From the NCBI GenBank assembly GCA_002269645.1, contig NIVC01001737.1, positions 126,897 to 190,896 on the forward strand: 64,000 bases of DNA. The letters are read 5' to 3'. The notes beneath the pieces are model-generated. The model did not search any database, had not been told where the DNA came from, and saw only the letters and a list, made by a program, of their open reading frames with translations. The translations under genes and the position numbers were made by a program. Below are positions 59,692-64,000 of this stretch, one piece after another. The DNA comes from Macrostomum lignano. Lineage: Eukaryota. Numbering within the stretch: position 1 is the first letter of the stretch; each line of letters opens with the position of its first letter.

Positions 59692-60398
59692 ATGTCTCTA
59701 GATGAGATTGGTGGCTACACGCCAGATGTCTCTAGATGAGATTGTGGCTACACGCCAGATGTCTCTAGATGAGAGTAGTGGCAACACACCAGATATCTCT
59801 AGATGAGAGTAGTGGCTGCACACCAGATGTCTCTAGATGAGAGTAGTGGCTGCACACCAGATGTCTCTAGATGAGAGTAGTGGCTACACACCAGATGTCT
59901 CTAGATGAGAGTAGTGGCTACACACCAGATGTCTCTAGATGAGAGTAGTGGCTACACACCAGATGTCTCTAGATGAGAGTAGTGGCAACACACCAGATAT
60001 CTCTAGATGAGAGTAGTGGCTACACACCAGATGTCTCTAGATGAGAGTAGTGGCTACACACCAGATGTCTCTAGATGAGAGTAGTGGCTACACACCAGAT
60101 GTCTCTAGATGAGAGTAGTGGCTACACACCAGATGTCTCTAGATGAGAGTAGTGGCTACACACCAGATGTCTCTAGATGAGAGTAGTGGCTACACACCAG
60201 ATGTCTCTAGATGAGAGTAGTGGCTACACACCAGATGTCTCTAGATGAGAGTAGTGGCTACACACCAGATGTCTCTAGATGAGAGTAGTGGCTACACACC
60301 AGATGTCTCTAGATGAGAGTAGTGGCTACACACCAGATGTCTCTAGATGAGAGTAGTGGCTACACACCAGATGTCTCTAGATGAGAGTAGTGGCTACA
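59692..60398. repeat. 34-bp minisatellite (CCAGATGTCTCTAGATGAGAGTAGTGGCTACACA)
   Basis: About 20 copies. Confidence 0.97.
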
Positions 60399-60667
60399 CA
60401 AAATTATTTGGCATCGACAATATTGATTTTCGCTGAACGGCCCGTGACAGAAACTGATCACTGTTAATTTGCTTGTAGCATAATTTATCAATACGAGAGA
60501 ATAATGTATGACAAGTAGCTCTACGAAATCCTGAGATATTCTCGGCGATCTCCACTGATTTATGGCCAACGCAGTAAAGAAAAATCTGGGATTACCTCGT
60601 AAAATAGAACTGACTTGCTTCTCGCTTTTATAGCAAAGTGTGGGATGCAATATATTTTGAAAATTCT

Positions 60668-61684
<1,017 letters not shown>

Positions 61685-63127
61685 CACTATCAGGCCTAAA
61701 AATGCAGATCACTGCGGTGTATCAAATTTCTATAAAAAGCAATGGATTCGCGATGGCAACAAAAAAACAATATTTTATTTCCTAATAAGGCTCTCACTCA
61801 TAAACCTGTGATCCCAGTGAATTTATACACGAGCGTATAAATGGACTGCTAATTAAACTTAATTAAACAAGTGCAGAATGCATCGATCCGCTATCTAGCA
61901 GTGCTTGCACTGGCTGCTCTAAAAATATTATCGATCTTGTTGGGCAATTCGGATTGAAGAACTTTAGCAGCGATCACCACGGTCTCTCAGCCCATCTTTC
62001 TTAGTTCGTTTCTACACCATGTCACTGACTGTCTCAAATTGGATCCCCCTAATTCTGTCTTTCTCCCTCTCTCTCTCTCTCTCTCTCTCTTCCATTCCCC
62101 TCATCTCAATTTTTCGTTGAACATTGAATCTCAAAGAAAGTTGCAATCAACTTTAAAATACCACTGAATCCCACTGAAGACTTCTCTCCACAGCCTTTTA
62201 TACAGCCTAAGCTCTGGGCAGAGGAAAATTTATTTGCAACCAACACTCAGAAAAAATCCAGACCAGATGTTGAGCACAGCAAAGGAGTCTCTGTAATCAA
62301 TGCCTTCAGGCTTCCCCATCTCTGCATTCTCCCATCCCGATCCCGTGATCCGCAGATCCCCCGGCCAAGCGCCCACGCCGCAGCTGGGCCCCGGCCAGAT
62401 CCTCTCCCTACCCACCCTCCGTAGCCGAATGAATATCCTTTATCCGTTTGCTCCCCTCTCCCAGCTCCCTCGAATCTTTTCCGCCTCATCAGTATCGATT
62501 ATTTATGGCGGAGACTCTGACCCCCCCCCCTCGGAGGCCATCAAGCATGCAACAACTAATAGGGTGAAAACTATTAACAGACCATTAGCGAATCATAACT
62601 GTTACTGGAGTATAGTAAGGAGTGACCTCAGTTGACCTGAGTTAATCTTTGGTCTGAGAATGAGTTGAGGTATGAACTGCAAGGACAACTTAAGTAGAAG
62701 GACGCAACACTCGAAATCTCGCACATTACGAGTGTAGCGCCCTATATATACATATGTTACTTGAGTAGTCATTGACTCTCTGATGTGCGGCCCAGGCTCG
62801 ATTCCAAGTGCAGTCAATTTGCGGCTAAATTGGAATCTCGGCTTGGCTCTGCTCGTGCAATCAGCGCCATTTGAGAGCCAACAACCCCTAAGGTACAGTG
62901 AAGTGTACATGCCTAACGATAAATAAAGTTAGGGCCGCTGTGCACTCCTGTGTGAGTGTGTGCCTGTGCGTATGACTGCGTACGTATCCGCGCGCTTGTG
63001 TGCCTGCTCAGGGGAGTCGGCGGAATGGGCAGCAATGCCTCTCGCCGGTTGTGTGACAATTTCGCTTGAAGTGCACCAGGTGTACACAGCCCCTGTCTCT
63101 AATACGAGCGCAAAAAACTACATAGAC

Positions 63128-64000
63128 TGAGGTGAAGAGTGACCCTAATGACCAGATTGACTGGGGTGAGGAGTGACCCAATGACCAGATTGACTGGGTG
63201 AGGAGTGATCCCAATGACCAGATTGACTGGGGTGAGGAGTGATCCCAATGACCAGATTGACTGGGGTGAGGAGTGATCCCAATGACCAGATGGACTGGGG
63301 TGAGGAGTGACCCCAATTACCAGATGGATTGGGGTGAGGAGTGATCCCAATGACCAGATGGACTGGGTGAGGAGTGACCCCAATGACCAGATTGACTGGG
63401 GTGAGGAGTGACCCAATGACCAGATGGACTGGGTGAGGAGTGACCCCAATGACCAGATTGACTGGGGTGAGGAGTGATCCCAATGACCAGATGGACTGGG
63501 TGTGGGACCCCAATGACCAGATGGACTGGGGTGAGGAGTGACCCCAATGACCAGATTGACTGGGGTGAGGAGTGACCCCAATGACCAGATGGACTGGGGT
63601 GAGGAGTGACCCCAATTACCAGATGGATTGGGTGAGGAGTGATCCCAATGACCAGATGGACTGGGGTGAGGAGTGACCCCAATTACCAGATGGATTGGGG
63701 TGAGGAGTGACCCCAATGACCAGATGGACTGGGGTGAGGAGTGACCCCAATTACCAGATGGATTGGGGTGAGGAGTGGTCCCAATGACCAGATGGATTGG
63801 GGGTGAGGAGTGACCCCAATGACCAGATGGACTGGGGTGAGGAGTGACCCCAATGACCAGATGGACTGGGGTGAGGAGTGACCCCAATGACCAGATGGAC
63901 TGGGTGAGGAGTGACCAATGACGCAGATGGACTGGGTGAGGAGTGACCCCAATGACAGATGGACTGGGTGAGGAGTGACCCCAATTACCAGATGGACTTG
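63128..64000. repeat. About 34-bp minisatellite (CCAGATGGACTGGGGTGAGGAGTGACCCCAATGA), runs off the window
   Basis: Direct inspection. Confidence 0.96.

Noticed and set aside
62740-62830. tRNA B-box-like GGCTCGATTCC (similar GGGTTCGATTC at about 10230) as tRNA or SINE
   Set aside because: No A-box at the proper spacing and no cloverleaf could be built; at most a decayed SINE head.

Overview
Eukaryotic (invertebrate metazoan) genomic DNA with two convergent, intron-rich genes. On the + strand is a 5'-partial COE/EBF (collier/Olf-1/EBF) transcription factor gene: 8 coding exons, 8491-28464, with the N-terminal exons not found and presumably upstream of the window. On the - strand is a dual-GAF class I cyclic nucleotide phosphodiesterase, PDE5-like within the PDE5/6/11 group: 13 clear exons from 59610 to 33633 plus a candidate 18-nt microexon. 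All exon boundaries were read by hand, have canonical GT-AG sites and have compatible phases. Roughly 55% of the window (my tally, about 35 kb) is tandem repeat: about 35 different mini/microsatellite families, nearly each confined to one array in one intron or spacer, including a 7.5 kb array with higher-order duplications. Almost all long ORFs in the supplied track are translations of these repeats, not genes. Other notable structure includes a TA-flanked 50-bp-TIR MITE whose interior is an amplification of its own subterminal motif, two long hairpins, four RFX X-box matches and three COE-type palindromes. A free-living flatworm such as Macrostomum is a plausible source, but that is inference only. 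There is no CRISPR array, rRNA or convincing tRNA. I found no prokaryote-style novel system; the best leads are regulatory and structural.
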